Positions 44,940-55,345 of a stretch of 64,000 nt of DNA are shown piece after piece. The notes under the pieces were generated by a model. The model was not told the DNA's origin. It did not search any database and worked only from the letters and a program-made list of their open reading frames with translations. The position numbers and the translations under genes were made by a program. The stretch lies in IMG/VR virus record IMGVR_UViG_3300030387_000070; one strand, written 5' to 3'. Position 1 is the first letter of the stretch, and each line of letters opens with the position of its first letter. Source of the stretch: a virus.

Positions 44940-45497
44940 ATGAGATACAACTGGAAGTTACCTATTATCGTTATTTGTGTCGTGCTGATTTCCATTCTTG
45001 GCATGACCTTTATTGTGCAGGGGCCTAAGAACACGGCCATCTCTTATGAAGAGCAGATTCAGGAAGCTAAGTCTGGCATTGAGATTCAGGAGAAGCGCAG
45101 AGCTGATCTGATTCCAAATCTGGTTGAAACCGTCAAGGCTTATGACCAACATGAGTATCAGACTTTGATGGATGTTGTGAATGCTCGTGGCACTTCCGGC
45201 CAGACCGCTCAAGAAATTACGACTCAGATTGCAGCTATTGCGGAAGCATATCCTGAACTGAAGTCTAGCGACAACTACAAGGAGCTTATGAATGAGTTAT
45301 CCGTCACTGAAAATTTGATTGCAAACTATCGTGGCGATTACAATCGCGTCGTGAAGGAATATAAGCAGAGCGTTCGTAAGTTTCCGAACTCCTTTCTGCT
45401 GGGTCTGACTGGATATGAGGTTCAGAATTATGAGTATCTGTCCTATGAGGGGAATGAGGCGGCACCGGCAGTCGGTAACCTTTTTGGAAATCTGTAA
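44940..45497 (+). CDS. lemA: LemA family membrane protein
   Basis: N-terminal TM helix; LemA-like core ELMNELSVTENLIANYRGDYNRVVKEYKQSVRKFPNSFL. Confidence 0.7.
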   Translation: MRYNWKLPIIVICVVLISILGMTFIVQGPKNTAISYEEQIQEAKSGIEIQEKRRADLIPNLVETVKAYDQHEYQTLMDVVNARGTSGQTAQEITTQIAAIAEAYPELKSSDNYKELMNELSVTENLIANYRGDYNRVVKEYKQSVRKFPNSFLLGLTGYEVQNYEYLSYEGNEAAPAVGNLFGNL

Positions 45498-45519
45498 TGC
45501 CGAAATTACTTATCGTGAA

Positions 45520-46221
45520 TTGATCGTCAGTGTTGGTATTGTGTTCATTATGCTGATACTTGGTAGCGTTATCGCTGGAAATATCACCAGAGATTCACTT
45601 GAGCAGAAAAAAGAATATAATACAGCAATTTCGATTGAGTCCGAAAATATGTTCGATTATGGAATGAGAACCAACGTAGGTAATGCTTTTTGCCAAGGCG
45701 CACTAGAAGCAGTAGATACCGTAAGCGATCCACGTATCGACGGTCAGTGGATGTATATCTATTGCGAAGAAAAGCATTACACGATGCATACACGAACTGT
45801 CACTACTACGGATAGCAAAGGCCATACAAAAACAAGAGTCGAAACGTACTGGACTTGGGACTATTACAGCTCAGAAGAGCATAGCTCCAAAAATGTAACG
45901 TTTCTGGGTAAAGAATTTAAGTATGGTGACATCAAAATGCCATCCAGCAAGTACCTGACAACTGTACAAGTCAGTTCTCATGTGAAATTCGAGTTTTATG
46001 TCAAAGATGTTCGTTATGATGGTACATTATACGCGAATTTGAGCGATAAAAGTATACATAATGCACAGTTCATTAAAAACAAAAACATTGAAGAAGCACG
46101 AGATTATATGATTTCTGCAGCTGGTACACGAGTGGTTTGGTTTTATATATTCTGGATCGCATTGATTGTAGCTGTGGTCGGAGTTTTTTATGTGGCCGAA
46201 AATCGTTGGTTGGAAGATTAA
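45520..46221 (+). CDS. hypothetical membrane protein (N- and C-terminal TM helices)
   Basis: Long open frame downstream of lemA; start uncertain (TTG 45520 or an internal ATG). Confidence 0.35.
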   Translation: MIVSVGIVFIMLILGSVIAGNITRDSLEQKKEYNTAISIESENMFDYGMRTNVGNAFCQGALEAVDTVSDPRIDGQWMYIYCEEKHYTMHTRTVTTTDSKGHTKTRVETYWTWDYYSSEEHSSKNVTFLGKEFKYGDIKMPSSKYLTTVQVSSHVKFEFYVKDVRYDGTLYANLSDKSIHNAQFIKNKNIEEARDYMISAAGTRVVWFYIFWIALIVAVVGVFYVAENRWLED

Positions 46222-46232
46222 GAGGTGATTGC

Positions 46233-48428
46233 ATGAAATGTGTGATTAAACGCGATGGAACGAAAGTTCCTTTTGATAAGAGTAAGATTGTAAATGCGAT
46301 TGAGAAGGCGATGACGAATACGACTGGGGGAGTTGATTCTCGCGTGTCTAACGCTATTGCAGACTACATCGCAGACATTCCTGATACGATGTCTGTAGAG
46401 CAGATTCAGGATGTGGTTATTGGTCAGTTGAAAAATAGCCCTCTTTCGGATGTGGCTGACGCTTATAGTCACTGGCGTATTCTTCGGCAGGAGATTCGTG
46501 AGAAGCAGCGAGCGTATGGCGAAATTCTCTCCATCTGTGATGTAGATAACGAGAAGGTCAAGCAGGAGAACAGCAACAAAAATCCTGTTGTGAATAGCGT
46601 GCAGCGCGACTATATGGCTGGCGAAGTCTCCAAAGATCTGAGCTTTAATCTGCTTCTCCCGAAAGATATTGTGGATGCTCACTATGATGGCCGAATTCAT
46701 TTCCACGATTCCGACTATTTTGCTCAGCACATGTTTAACTGCTCGTTGGTCAATCTGGAAGATATGTTGCAGAACGGCACTGTGATTTCTGGTACTGGCA
46801 TTGATAAACCCCACAGCTTTTCTACCGCCTGCAACATTGCCACACAGATCATTGCGCAGGTGGCATCCAATCAGTACGGCGGCCAGAGCATTACGTTGTC
46901 TCATCTGGCTCCTTTTGTGGATGTCTCCCGAAAGAAGATTGCGGGTGAAGTCCATGAGGAGTTTTACGACATGATTCAAAACAATGAGATTGATAAAATG
47001 CCAAATCAGGAGACTATCAATCGAATTGTAGAGAAGCGTTTACATAAAGAAATCGTTGCAGGTGTTCAGACTATTCAGTATCAGGTCATTACTTTGATGA
47101 CCACAAACGGGCAGGCTCCTTTTATTACCATTTTTATGTACCTAGATGAAGTTCCTGAAGGCCAGACCCGTGATGACCTTGCAATTATCATTGAAGAAGT
47201 TCTTCGTCAGCGCATTAAAGGTGTGAAAAATGAAACTGGTGCATGGATTACTCCGGCTTTCCCAAAATTGATTTATGTGCTGGAAGAAGACAACATTCGA
47301 GATAATTCTAAGTATTACTATCTGACTGAACTGGCAGCTAAATGTACTGCCAAGAGATTCGTACCTGACTACATTTCTGAGAAGAAGATGTTTGAGTACA
47401 AAGGTGCTTGCTACCCCTGTATGGGATGTCGCAGCTTCCTGACTCCTGATCGAACCACCGAGAATATTTCTGGTGCCATGAATTGGGAGAAGGGCCACAA
47501 GTATTATGGTCGCTTTAATGCCGGTGTTGTCACCATCAATCTGGTAGATGTTGCTTGTAGCTCTAAGAAGGATATTTCTGAGTTTTGGAAAATTTTTGAT
47601 GAGCGTCTTGAACTGTGCCATCGAGCACTTCAGATTCGGTATAAGCGATTGATGGGTACGCCTTCTGATGTTAGTCCAATTCATTTTCAGCATGGTGCAA
47701 TCGCACGTTTGAAGAAGGGCGAGAAGATTGATAAATTGCTGTTTGACGGATATGCAACCATCAGTTTAGGTTACGCAGGTCTGTATGAATGTGTAAAGTA
47801 TATGACCGGTAAGAGCCATACTGATGATAAGGCAAAACCTTTTGCTCTTGAGATTATGCAACATATGAACGACAAGTGCAGTGAGTGGAAGGTAGCAGAA
47901 AATATTGATTACAGTCTCTACGGCACCCCGCTGGAATCCACCACCTACAAGTTCGCCAAGTGCCTGCAAAAGCGGTTTGGCATCATTCCAGATGTAACCG
48001 ACCATGATTACATCACCAATAGCTATCATGTCGTGGTTCGTGAGCATATTGATGCATTCAAGAAGCTGAAGTTTGAGTCTGAGTTTCAGCAGCTGTCTCC
48101 CGGCGGAGCCATCTCGTATATCGAGTGCCCTAATATGACCAACAACATTCCTGCTGTGATGAGTGTCATCAAATACATCTACGACACTATTATCTACGCA
48201 GAGCTGAACATCAAGTCTGATTATTGTCAGGTTTGTGGTTATGACGGCGAGATTAAGATTGTCGAGGACAATGGTAAGCTTGTTTGGGAATGCCCAAATT
48301 GTGGTAATCGAGACCAGAATAAACTGAATGTTGCACGACGTACCTGCGGATTTATTGGGACTCAGTTTTGGAATCAGGGGCGGACGCAAGAGATTCGAGA
48401 TCGAGTAGTTCATCTGAGCGATAACTAA
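46233..48428 (+). CDS. nrdD: anaerobic ribonucleoside-triphosphate reductase NrdD (class III RNR)
   Basis: N-terminal ATP-cone (VIKRDGTKVPFDKSKI); C-terminal zinc-ribbon cysteines (CQVCGY...CPNCGNRDQ) followed by the glycyl-radical motif RRTCGFIG. Confidence 0.8.
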   Translation: MKCVIKRDGTKVPFDKSKIVNAIEKAMTNTTGGVDSRVSNAIADYIADIPDTMSVEQIQDVVIGQLKNSPLSDVADAYSHWRILRQEIREKQRAYGEILSICDVDNEKVKQENSNKNPVVNSVQRDYMAGEVSKDLSFNLLLPKDIVDAHYDGRIHFHDSDYFAQHMFNCSLVNLEDMLQNGTVISGTGIDKPHSFSTACNIATQIIAQVASNQYGGQSITLSHLAPFVDVSRKKIAGEVHEEFYDMIQNNEIDKMPNQETINRIVEKRLHKEIVAGVQTIQYQVITLMTTNGQAPFITIFMYLDEVPEGQTRDDLAIIIEEVLRQRIKGVKNETGAWITPAFPKLIYVLEEDNIRDNSKYYYLTELAAKCTAKRFVPDYISEKKMFEYKGACYPCMGCRSFLTPDRTTENISGAMNWEKGHKYYGRFNAGVVTINLVDVACSSKKDISEFWKIFDERLELCHRALQIRYKRLMGTPSDVSPIHFQHGAIARLKKGEKIDKLLFDGYATISLGYAGLYECVKYMTGKSHTDDKAKPFALEIMQHMNDKCSEWKVAENIDYSLYGTPLESTTYKFAKCLQKRFGIIPDVTDHDYITNSYHVVVREHIDAFKKLKFESEFQQLSPGGAISYIECPNMTNNIPAVMSVIKYIYDTIIYAELNIKSDYCQVCGYDGEIKIVEDNGKLVWECPNCGNRDQNKLNVARRTCGFIGTQFWNQGRTQEIRDRVVHLSDN

Positions 48429-48442
48429 ACAAAGGATGAAAT

Positions 48443-48775
48443 ATGGATACTACACAACAGATTTTAGAGCGAGATTGGGATAATGATTTTGTTAAAAAGA
48501 TGCAGAATCGTATTTTGGTATCTCATTATAAATATGGTTGGATGAATCAGACATATCCAGATTTGGCTCAAGCTGTAAAGGAAATTTATCCAAGAGTCAA
48601 AAAGTATTTAGAGACAGGAAATACAGAATGGCTCATTGATGTTGCTAATTTTGCAATGATTGAATATTTGCATCCTAGCGTTGTTGGAGCGCATTTCAAA
48701 GGAACAGATAGTGAAGAGTCTCCGGGACTGACAAGTGGAATCAGCTACAAAGAACTCGAAGAGAGTATGAAGTAA
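48443..48775 (+). CDS. hypothetical protein
   Basis: ORF. Confidence 0.35.
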   Translation: MDTTQQILERDWDNDFVKKMQNRILVSHYKYGWMNQTYPDLAQAVKEIYPRVKKYLETGNTEWLIDVANFAMIEYLHPSVVGAHFKGTDSEESPGLTSGISYKELEESMK

Positions 48776-48899
48776 AATTTGAATATAAGTGGTGGGTTGG
48801 TGGGATTACATATGAAAGAAATCATTGTTTTCTTCGTGATTGTATGGGTTATCGCCTATTACATTCTGAAAGACAACTATAAAGATTAAGGAGATATTT

Positions 48900-49751
48900 A
48901 TGAAGAAATTTATGGCAATTTTTGTTGCATTCCTCGTTGCAGTTGGCGCAGTGCTTTGTACCGAGCGGGTACATACTGGTTATGTTGGTGTTGTTTATTC
49001 CGCGAATGGGGTCGAGCAGCAGACTATTTCTCAGGGCTGGCACTTTATGAGTCCTCTGAAGCATGTATCTGAGTTCCCGATTATTCAGCAGCGAGTGGTA
49101 TTTTCTAACGCTCCGTCTGATTATGGCGCAAAGGAACACGCAGATTGGCACATTGATGCTCCTGCTAATGGTGGTACGATTGCAATCAACTTGACTGTCA
49201 ATTATAACTTCCTGCCGGAGCATGTTGTTGAACTGTATACCAAGTTTGGTGGCATGGATGGTGAGAGCCTGATGGAGAGCAAAATCCAGAACGACATTAT
49301 TGCTTATGTTAAGGAAGTCACTCCTCAGTTCAGTGTCATGCAGATTTATTCTGATGATCGCGCAGGTGTTAATACTGCAATCACCAACTATCTGAATGAG
49401 AAGCTGACCGCAGAGTATGGAATCAATGTCTCTTCTGCGCTGATTGTTGACGCACAGCCTGACGATACCCTGATGCAGAAGATTCGTGCCAAGGAGCAGG
49501 CGAAGCAGGATGCAGAGATTGCAGAGCTGAATAAGCAGACCGCTCTAGCTCAGGCGGAGACTGACAAGGTTAAGGCGCAGACGGAAGCTGACGTTAAGAT
49601 GATTGAAGCACAGGCCGAGGCTGATGCAAATAAGGTGCTTTCCGAGTCTATTACTCCTGAGCTGATCCAGATGAAGGAAGCAGAAGCTCGTCTGAAGCAT
49701 GGTTGGATCACCGTTCAGGGTGCAGATACAGTCGTTACCAAGGGTGAGTAA
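48900..49751 (+). CDS. SPFH/band-7 (prohibitin/HflC-like) domain membrane protein
   Basis: N-terminal TM helix; SPFH-like core and a C-terminal coiled coil (AKEQAKQDAEIAELNKQ...). Confidence 0.6.
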   Translation: MKKFMAIFVAFLVAVGAVLCTERVHTGYVGVVYSANGVEQQTISQGWHFMSPLKHVSEFPIIQQRVVFSNAPSDYGAKEHADWHIDAPANGGTIAINLTVNYNFLPEHVVELYTKFGGMDGESLMESKIQNDIIAYVKEVTPQFSVMQIYSDDRAGVNTAITNYLNEKLTAEYGINVSSALIVDAQPDDTLMQKIRAKEQAKQDAEIAELNKQTALAQAETDKVKAQTEADVKMIEAQAEADANKVLSESITPELIQMKEAEARLKHGWITVQGADTVVTKGE

Positions 49752-49784
49752 ATAAGAATTACGATAAAGATTGGAGTCTATAAA

Positions 49785-50045
49785 ATGAAACGAATGTTTG
49801 GCATGATGCCCAGTAGTGAAGTTGAATTGCGTGAAAGTTACAAAGATAATTTTGGACTGACCGTAAGAATTGAAGCTGGCAAGCATGGATGGACTATTAT
49901 GTGGGCAGATGGTGATTCTGATTACAAGGATGTCGATGCAGAATCCGCTATTGAAAATTTTAATGAAGCATTTGAGACTGCACAGAATAGGATTGGAAAA
50001 CTCGTAAAAGTGCGTTGTTGTGGTGAATGTTGCGGTGAGTGCTAA
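49785..50045 (+). CDS. hypothetical protein with C-terminal CCGECCGEC
   Basis: ORF. Confidence 0.35.
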   Translation: MKRMFGMMPSSEVELRESYKDNFGLTVRIEAGKHGWTIMWADGDSDYKDVDAESAIENFNEAFETAQNRIGKLVKVRCCGECCGEC

Positions 50046-50078
50046 GAGGTCTTATAAAATGAAAATTTTTGAAAGAAG

Positions 50079-50306
50079 GTGATTAACATAAACGCATGGA
50101 AGAAATTCTTTAAGGCACTTGGTTCTTTTCTTGGAATTGTTCTTATTCTGGTGGCTACATATTTTATCTCGTGGATTACCACGATCGGTATTATCTGGCT
50201 GATTTTTAAGCTGCTGAATATTACGTTTACCATCAAGGTCGCAACAGGTATTTGGTTGGCACTTATTTTACTTGAATGTTTCATTAAGGGCAATCGAAGT
50301 AAATAA
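50079..50306 (+). CDS. hypothetical two-TM membrane protein
   Basis: GTG start; hydrophobic. Confidence 0.3.
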   Translation: MININAWKKFFKALGSFLGIVLILVATYFISWITTIGIIWLIFKLLNITFTIKVATGIWLALILLECFIKGNRSK

Positions 50307-50346
50307 ATCAACTAGTAGGGTGGGCGTGGTGGCATGAAAGGAGCTA

Positions 50347-50526
50347 TATGGATTATTGGTCTGTTGAAGTAATGTATTACGATGACGGGCATCAGGCGTT
50401 CAATACATATATGGTAAAAGCACAGGATCAAAATGACGCCATGAACAAAGCACATCATCGTTTTGAAAAATCTCATCCCGGTACGAGCTGCATGATTCAG
50501 AATGTAGAAAAGGCAGGTGGCTGAGA
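50347..50526 (+). CDS. hypothetical small protein (59 aa)
   Basis: RBS GAAAGGAG upstream. Confidence 0.3.
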
Positions 50527-50738
50527 TGGAAGACGAAAATATCGTTTATGAAAACATCAATTCAAAAGACGATGATGAAAAATTTGTTCTAGCGCCTTGG
50601 GGTTGCCTTAATTGTGCATTCAAGGATTTCGGTTTAGAACTTCCTAAAATCTCTAGAAAGATGGCAGAAGCTTTAATGGATGATTTCTTTGAAATTATGG
50701 AAATGGCTGGCATTATAGAGAGGGAAAATGAATCTTGA
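50517..50738 (+). CDS. hypothetical acidic protein
   Basis: ORF. Confidence 0.3.
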   Translation: MAEMEDENIVYENINSKDDDEKFVLAPWGCLNCAFKDFGLELPKISRKMAEALMDDFFEIMEMAGIIERENES

Positions 50739-50808
50739 TAAAAGTGCCGTTCTATCGTGAAATTTCATCAAATTTATAACGTAGATATGTTAAATAATAG
50801 GAGGCAAA

Positions 50809-51207
50809 ATGAAGAAGTGGACAGGAAGGCTGCTCAAAGCAGAAGGCTACGAAATCCGAAATGCAGAAATCAGAAATGTTAGTCTTAGTATGGCAGATCA
50901 TGGAGTTTTGACTTCCTATTTGACATTGGATGGTCACGAATGGGGCGTTTGCTATGGCGGCTATGTTCTCGGTAAGGGATATGTCGGGAGTAAGACTTTT
51001 GAAGGATATGCTTCTGGCATGGAGGCCATTATGCGAATCATGGATACTGTTGGTTGCGACAAGTACGAAAGTATGAAAGGCAAGTATGTCCGTGTAGCAA
51101 CCAAGGGATGGGGTAGTACGGTAAAAATTATCGGCAATATTCTTGAGGATAAGTGGTTTGATTATGGATCTTTCTTTGATGACAAAGAGAAAGAGGAGGC
51201 TGGCTAA
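50809..51207 (+). CDS. hypothetical protein
   Basis: RBS TAGGAGG upstream. Confidence 0.4.
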   Translation: MKKWTGRLLKAEGYEIRNAEIRNVSLSMADHGVLTSYLTLDGHEWGVCYGGYVLGKGYVGSKTFEGYASGMEAIMRIMDTVGCDKYESMKGKYVRVATKGWGSTVKIIGNILEDKWFDYGSFFDDKEKEEAG

Positions 51208-51208
51208 T

Positions 51209-51577
51209 ATGGATGCGGATGAGTTCATTATTAACGTAATTGCAAAGAAAAACAACGGAACAATTGAACTTTCTGTTCCTGATGATGTATTCAATCAGGC
51301 TGAACGTATTCTTTTGAAAAACGAACAATGCGTATTCTGCAAGACTCTCCCAGCGGAAGCCTTTGGCAGTGATTCGTGGATTAGCGTAAAAGAAGATTTG
51401 CCCAAAACTAATCCAAAGACTTGTGAAAGCGAGCCTGTTCTTGCTTATGACCCAGAAATGGGGAAGGCGGTAGTATTTTATCACGAGGATGGGCACTGGT
51501 ATGATATTGTTGACCGTAATTGGTGTCGTGTAGAGCCAACTCATTGGATGCTTTTGCCAGATGACCCACAGGAGTAA
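51209..51577 (+). CDS. DUF551-like phage protein
   Basis: RBS AAGAGGAGG upstream; C-terminal WISVKEDLP ... VEPTHWMLLPDDP matches DUF551 hallmarks. Confidence 0.55.
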   Translation: MDADEFIINVIAKKNNGTIELSVPDDVFNQAERILLKNEQCVFCKTLPAEAFGSDSWISVKEDLPKTNPKTCESEPVLAYDPEMGKAVVFYHEDGHWYDIVDRNWCRVEPTHWMLLPDDPQE

Positions 51578-51582
51578 TTGAC

Positions 51583-51837
51583 ATGGAAAAGAAATACGTA
51601 AAAATCTTTAAATGCCGTGGATGCAATCGCGATATCATTAAAAATGATGTTGATTTATCTATTGCTGAGAAATGGACTCTTTCAGGAATGTTTCAAGATG
51701 GGTGTAAACCCGTTGAAGTGTCTGGCGGTTCTAGGCTCTCTGGACAGAATAAATTCCTGCTTCATCGGTGTGATCCAGAGAAGCTTTGTATTTGTGATTT
51801 CATTGGATGGAAAGAAATCGAGGCTAAAAATGATTAA
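51583..51837 (+). CDS. hypothetical Cys-containing protein
   Basis: ORF. Confidence 0.3.
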   Translation: MEKKYVKIFKCRGCNRDIIKNDVDLSIAEKWTLSGMFQDGCKPVEVSGGSRLSGQNKFLLHRCDPEKLCICDFIGWKEIEAKND

Positions 51838-52168
51838 CGATCCTTTTGTAGAAGATGGTATCATTTCCTGCCAGTGCTGTGGAAGTGGTGAATATCTCTT
51901 TAATGAAGATGGTAACCGAAATAACTACTGCGGCCAGTGTGGTTCTAAGATTGACTGGGTAGAAGACGAAGACGGCTGGAAGAGTAAAAATACTGACCTG
52001 CCAAAATATGGAGCGTTGTGTCAAATTAAATATAAAGATGGCCGAGAAGATACGGCTGTTTTAAATTCTTATGTTGGATGGCATACTGAAGGCGTATTTA
52101 ATACACTCAAGGAGCCAGATTATTGGCGTTATTTTACGGAGGATAACGATGAAAAAAGTGACTCTTGA
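51830..52168 (+). CDS. DUF551-like paralog (divergent)
   Basis: C-terminal ...KEPDYWRYFTEDNDEK resembles its neighbours. Confidence 0.4.
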   Translation: MINDPFVEDGIISCQCCGSGEYLFNEDGNRNNYCGQCGSKIDWVEDEDGWKSKNTDLPKYGALCQIKYKDGREDTAVLNSYVGWHTEGVFNTLKEPDYWRYFTEDNDEKSDS

Positions 52169-52496
52169 ACTTCTGGTTGATGAAAACGGAGACGAAGATA
52201 TCAACCCTATTAAAAGTGAGATCGAGAGCGCTCTTCAACGCTGTTACCACGATATGAAGTTGGTTTCATACGAAGAAGAGAAGCTCGATGTACGATGGTT
52301 TTGTGCAAAAGACGTAACTCCTCCTGTCCCAGAGTATGGTATGTGTTCTGAAGATGTCATCGTAAAATACAAGGATGGCACAGAAAGCGTTGCGTGCATC
52401 ACATTTAATGGAGTGTGGTACGATACTGATTACAATGAAGTTGCAGATGCAATAGTGTATTGGCGATACATGACGGATGACGAAAAGCCAGATTAA
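52149..52496 (+). CDS. DUF551-like paralog (divergent)
   Basis: RBS GGAGGATAAC upstream; C-terminal ...AIVYWRYMTDDEKPD. Confidence 0.4.
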   Translation: MKKVTLELLVDENGDEDINPIKSEIESALQRCYHDMKLVSYEEEKLDVRWFCAKDVTPPVPEYGMCSEDVIVKYKDGTESVACITFNGVWYDTDYNEVADAIVYWRYMTDDEKPD

Positions 52497-52531
52497 CAAA
52501 TAAAATTCCGCTTTTAACAGAAAGGAAAGGC

Positions 52532-52840
52532 ATGTTTAAGACTTTTAAAAATACTGCTGTATGCGTCCTTCTGGCAGCGATTATGCTGACTGGATGCAGT
52601 GCAAGTGTGAAAGACTCAGTAGGAAATGTAGCTGTAGAGAATGGCTGGTTCTATCGTATCAGTGATACTCCTATGGTATACGACAAAGATACACACATTA
52701 TGTATTACTTATTCTCTAAATGTACAGGCAATCAAGGCTACGGTTATATGTCTCCTTATTATAATGAGCACGGTCAGATGTGCTACTACGTTGATGGTCA
52801 GGTTATTCCAATCGAGGAGGTGCTAATCGATGCTGACTGA
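52532..52840 (+). CDS. putative lipoprotein
   Basis: Signal peptide with lipobox LTGCSAS. Confidence 0.45.
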   Translation: MFKTFKNTAVCVLLAAIMLTGCSASVKDSVGNVAVENGWFYRISDTPMVYDKDTHIMYYLFSKCTGNQGYGYMSPYYNEHGQMCYYVDGQVIPIEEVLIDAD

Positions 52841-53036
52841 GATTGTTTGGATGCTTGTTAAATCGTATATCGTTTTGATTCTTACAGCCGCAATTATCCG
52901 CTCTGAAGAAATTCTATACGATTTCTTACGTAATACTGTAATGTATGACATCAAACTTAAATATGTAAAGTGGACTGTCGTTGCACTGAATATTCTTATT
53001 ATCGTATGTGTGAGTCTATGGACAAAGGTGATTTAA
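52830..53036 (+). CDS. hypothetical membrane protein
   Basis: Two TM helices. Confidence 0.3.
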   Translation: MLTEIVWMLVKSYIVLILTAAIIRSEEILYDFLRNTVMYDIKLKYVKWTVVALNILIIVCVSLWTKVI

Positions 53037-53037
53037 A

Positions 53038-53475
53038 ATGGATACTAGCTTTAATTTAAAGCACGTTCCCGGAAGCTTTGCATGGATTATTGAGCGAGAG
53101 AATGCCGACAAAAACTGTAATAAATGTGATACCAACGGAAATGTGAATATAACATTCTTTGACGGTACTCAGAAAAAGTGGCGTTGCCCAATTTGCCTTG
53201 GATACAAAAAGGTTGTAAAAGACGTATATCGAATCAAAAAATGTAAAATCAAGAGAGTAAACATCGGAGCAAGGATTAACGAAGATGGCAATTTAACGGT
53301 AGAAGAAGAATCTATTCAACTAGAAGGAACTAACATAAGGGACAATATCGATCCTGATTTTGAGTATTACATTCGTAATATTTATGACACAGAAAGTGAT
53401 GCGAAAATTGCGGCAAACGAAATCAATAAAGCACGAGGGAACACTGATGAATTATATGAAGATTGTCCCATGTGA
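53038..53475 (+). CDS. hypothetical Cys-containing protein
   Basis: ORF; CNKCD...CPIC. Confidence 0.35.
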   Translation: MDTSFNLKHVPGSFAWIIERENADKNCNKCDTNGNVNITFFDGTQKKWRCPICLGYKKVVKDVYRIKKCKIKRVNIGARINEDGNLTVEEESIQLEGTNIRDNIDPDFEYYIRNIYDTESDAKIAANEINKARGNTDELYEDCPM

Positions 53476-54001
53476 TATAGCGAATGGTCCGGGCGTAAGA
53501 GTCACGTTATTCTGTGCTGGTTGCAATCACCATTGCCCCGGTTGCCAGAATCCTACTACATGGGACCCGAATGGTGGTCAGCCATTCACAGATGAAACGC
53601 TTGATAAAATTGTAGATTTACTTCGACCTGATTATATTCAGGGGCTTACGCTTACTGGTGGAGACCCACTGTATCCAGAGAACAGGGAGATGATTTGCAA
53701 AATTCTAATAAGAGTCAGACACGAGTTTGAAGGAAGCAAAGACATTTGGATGTGGACTGGATATACATGGGAAGAATTGATTCAACAGGCGGCAGAAGAA
53801 TTGAAATATCAAACTATTCCGACAACGGTAACAATTATTCGAAACATAAACGTGCTAGTCGATGGTCCATATATCGAATCTAAACGAGATATCTCTTTGC
53901 CGTACATGGGGAGTTCCAATCAACGTGTAATCGGCTGTAATAAGAGTTTTGCTTTACGAAGACCAGTCCTTTGGTGGACTCCAGAAGAGAAAGGAAAATA
54001 A
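53447..54001 (+). CDS. nrdG: anaerobic ribonucleotide reductase activating protein NrdG (radical SAM)
   Basis: N-terminus MNYMKIVPCDIANGPGVRVTLFCAGCNHHCPGCQN carries the NrdG-type cysteine cluster; GGDPL motif present. Confidence 0.7.
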   Translation: MNYMKIVPCDIANGPGVRVTLFCAGCNHHCPGCQNPTTWDPNGGQPFTDETLDKIVDLLRPDYIQGLTLTGGDPLYPENREMICKILIRVRHEFEGSKDIWMWTGYTWEELIQQAAEELKYQTIPTTVTIIRNINVLVDGPYIESKRDISLPYMGSSNQRVIGCNKSFALRRPVLWWTPEEKGK

Positions 54002-54002
54002 T

Positions 54003-54551
54003 ATGGATTTAGGAAACGTAACTAAGTATTTTTATGGGCATCACGGAACTGTAGAGGCTTGTTCCAGTGTTTATCGTCCAAACATCAAAATCAATAAACT
54101 GCACGAAGATGCTTATCTGCCGACTTATGGTTCTAAAAATGCTGCTTGCGCAGACCTTTATGCCTATATCGGTTTTGATGACGCAACGATGGTAAACAAG
54201 AATGGCGATCGCTGCATTATGATTCAGCCGGGTGAGACAGTTAAGGTACATACCGGTTTGCGGATGGCTCCGCCTGAAGGTTGGTATGTCGCTATTTATG
54301 CTCGCAGCGGTTTAGCAACAAAGCAGGGTTTGGCTCCTGCGAATAAAACAGGGATTTGTGATCAGGATTACCGTGGAGAATATATTGTGGCACTACATAA
54401 TCATTCTAATATCCCTCAAATGATTACTCATGGCGACCGTATTGCTCAGATGGCAGTTGTTCCGTTCTGGCAGGCTGATTTTGAAGAAGTTTCCAAATTG
54501 GACGAAACTGAGCGTGGAGCGGGCGGGTTTGGATCTACTGGAAAACAGTAA
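54003..54551 (+). CDS. dut: dUTP diphosphatase (dUTPase)
   Basis: dUTPase motifs ARSGL, GICDQDYRGE and GDRIAQM. Confidence 0.8.
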   Translation: MDLGNVTKYFYGHHGTVEACSSVYRPNIKINKLHEDAYLPTYGSKNAACADLYAYIGFDDATMVNKNGDRCIMIQPGETVKVHTGLRMAPPEGWYVAIYARSGLATKQGLAPANKTGICDQDYRGEYIVALHNHSNIPQMITHGDRIAQMAVVPFWQADFEEVSKLDETERGAGGFGSTGKQ

Positions 54552-55024
54552 TGGAGAGAATTATGGGAAAGACAATTGATACATCCGAGCTTTTATATCG
54601 GATGGGCAAGTATGCAGAAATCGATGTTGGAGAAGAAGAACATAACGCGTTTATGCATTTCATGCTTCTTTTGACTCGCACAATTGAGAAGATGCCGAAT
54701 GCTGCATTGACTCATAAAAATCCGATTGATGATGAGATTATGGAAAATCAGTACAAGTTGGTGAACGCAATCTCACTTGTGACTGGTCGCACTAGAAACG
54801 ACGGCTGGTATCTTACTTGGATTGGCATGACCATGAAGATTGTACGGTTGAAGAGTGGAGAATCAGCTGGTTTCCGGTACATCAAAGATAATGAGGGGCA
54901 TGATTATCCGGGCGCAATGCACACATCTTGTGTTGTTGATTATTACATCTCAAGTGACAAGAAAAATATTATTGTCCAGACTGAGAACACTATTTATAAA
55001 TTTGAAAAAATTGAGGAGGACTAA
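54551..55024 (+). CDS. hypothetical protein
   Basis: ORF. Confidence 0.35.
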   Translation: MERIMGKTIDTSELLYRMGKYAEIDVGEEEHNAFMHFMLLLTRTIEKMPNAALTHKNPIDDEIMENQYKLVNAISLVTGRTRNDGWYLTWIGMTMKIVRLKSGESAGFRYIKDNEGHDYPGAMHTSCVVDYYISSDKKNIIVQTENTIYKFEKIEED

Positions 55025-55027
55025 ATT

Positions 55028-55333
55028 ATGGCTAAGTATTTTTATGTTTACAATATCGCCGGTGTCGAGGATTCTATTGTAAAGATGTTCAACACTGATA
55101 CTGGCGTAATGGGTGAGAAAAGCGTCAAGAAGGATCGTATGGATGGGTTTATTGATGGTATCAAGACGAGTGGCTTTGTTTTGAACAAAGAGCTGGCAGA
55201 AGCTGACGTTGCAGAGGCCGAAGCAAAGCGTGTTCTGGCAGAGAAAATGACAGCTTATCAGGCAGCTCGCGATGACTATCACAACAAGAGTGAGACTCTG
55301 AAGAAGGTCAAGGCCAAGTACGGTATTAAATAA
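55028..55333 (+). CDS. hypothetical protein
   Basis: ORF. Confidence 0.35.
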   Translation: MAKYFYVYNIAGVEDSIVKMFNTDTGVMGEKSVKKDRMDGFIDGIKTSGFVLNKELAEADVAEAEAKRVLAEKMTAYQAARDDYHNKSETLKKVKAKYGIK

Positions 55334-55345
55334 GGAGAACACATA

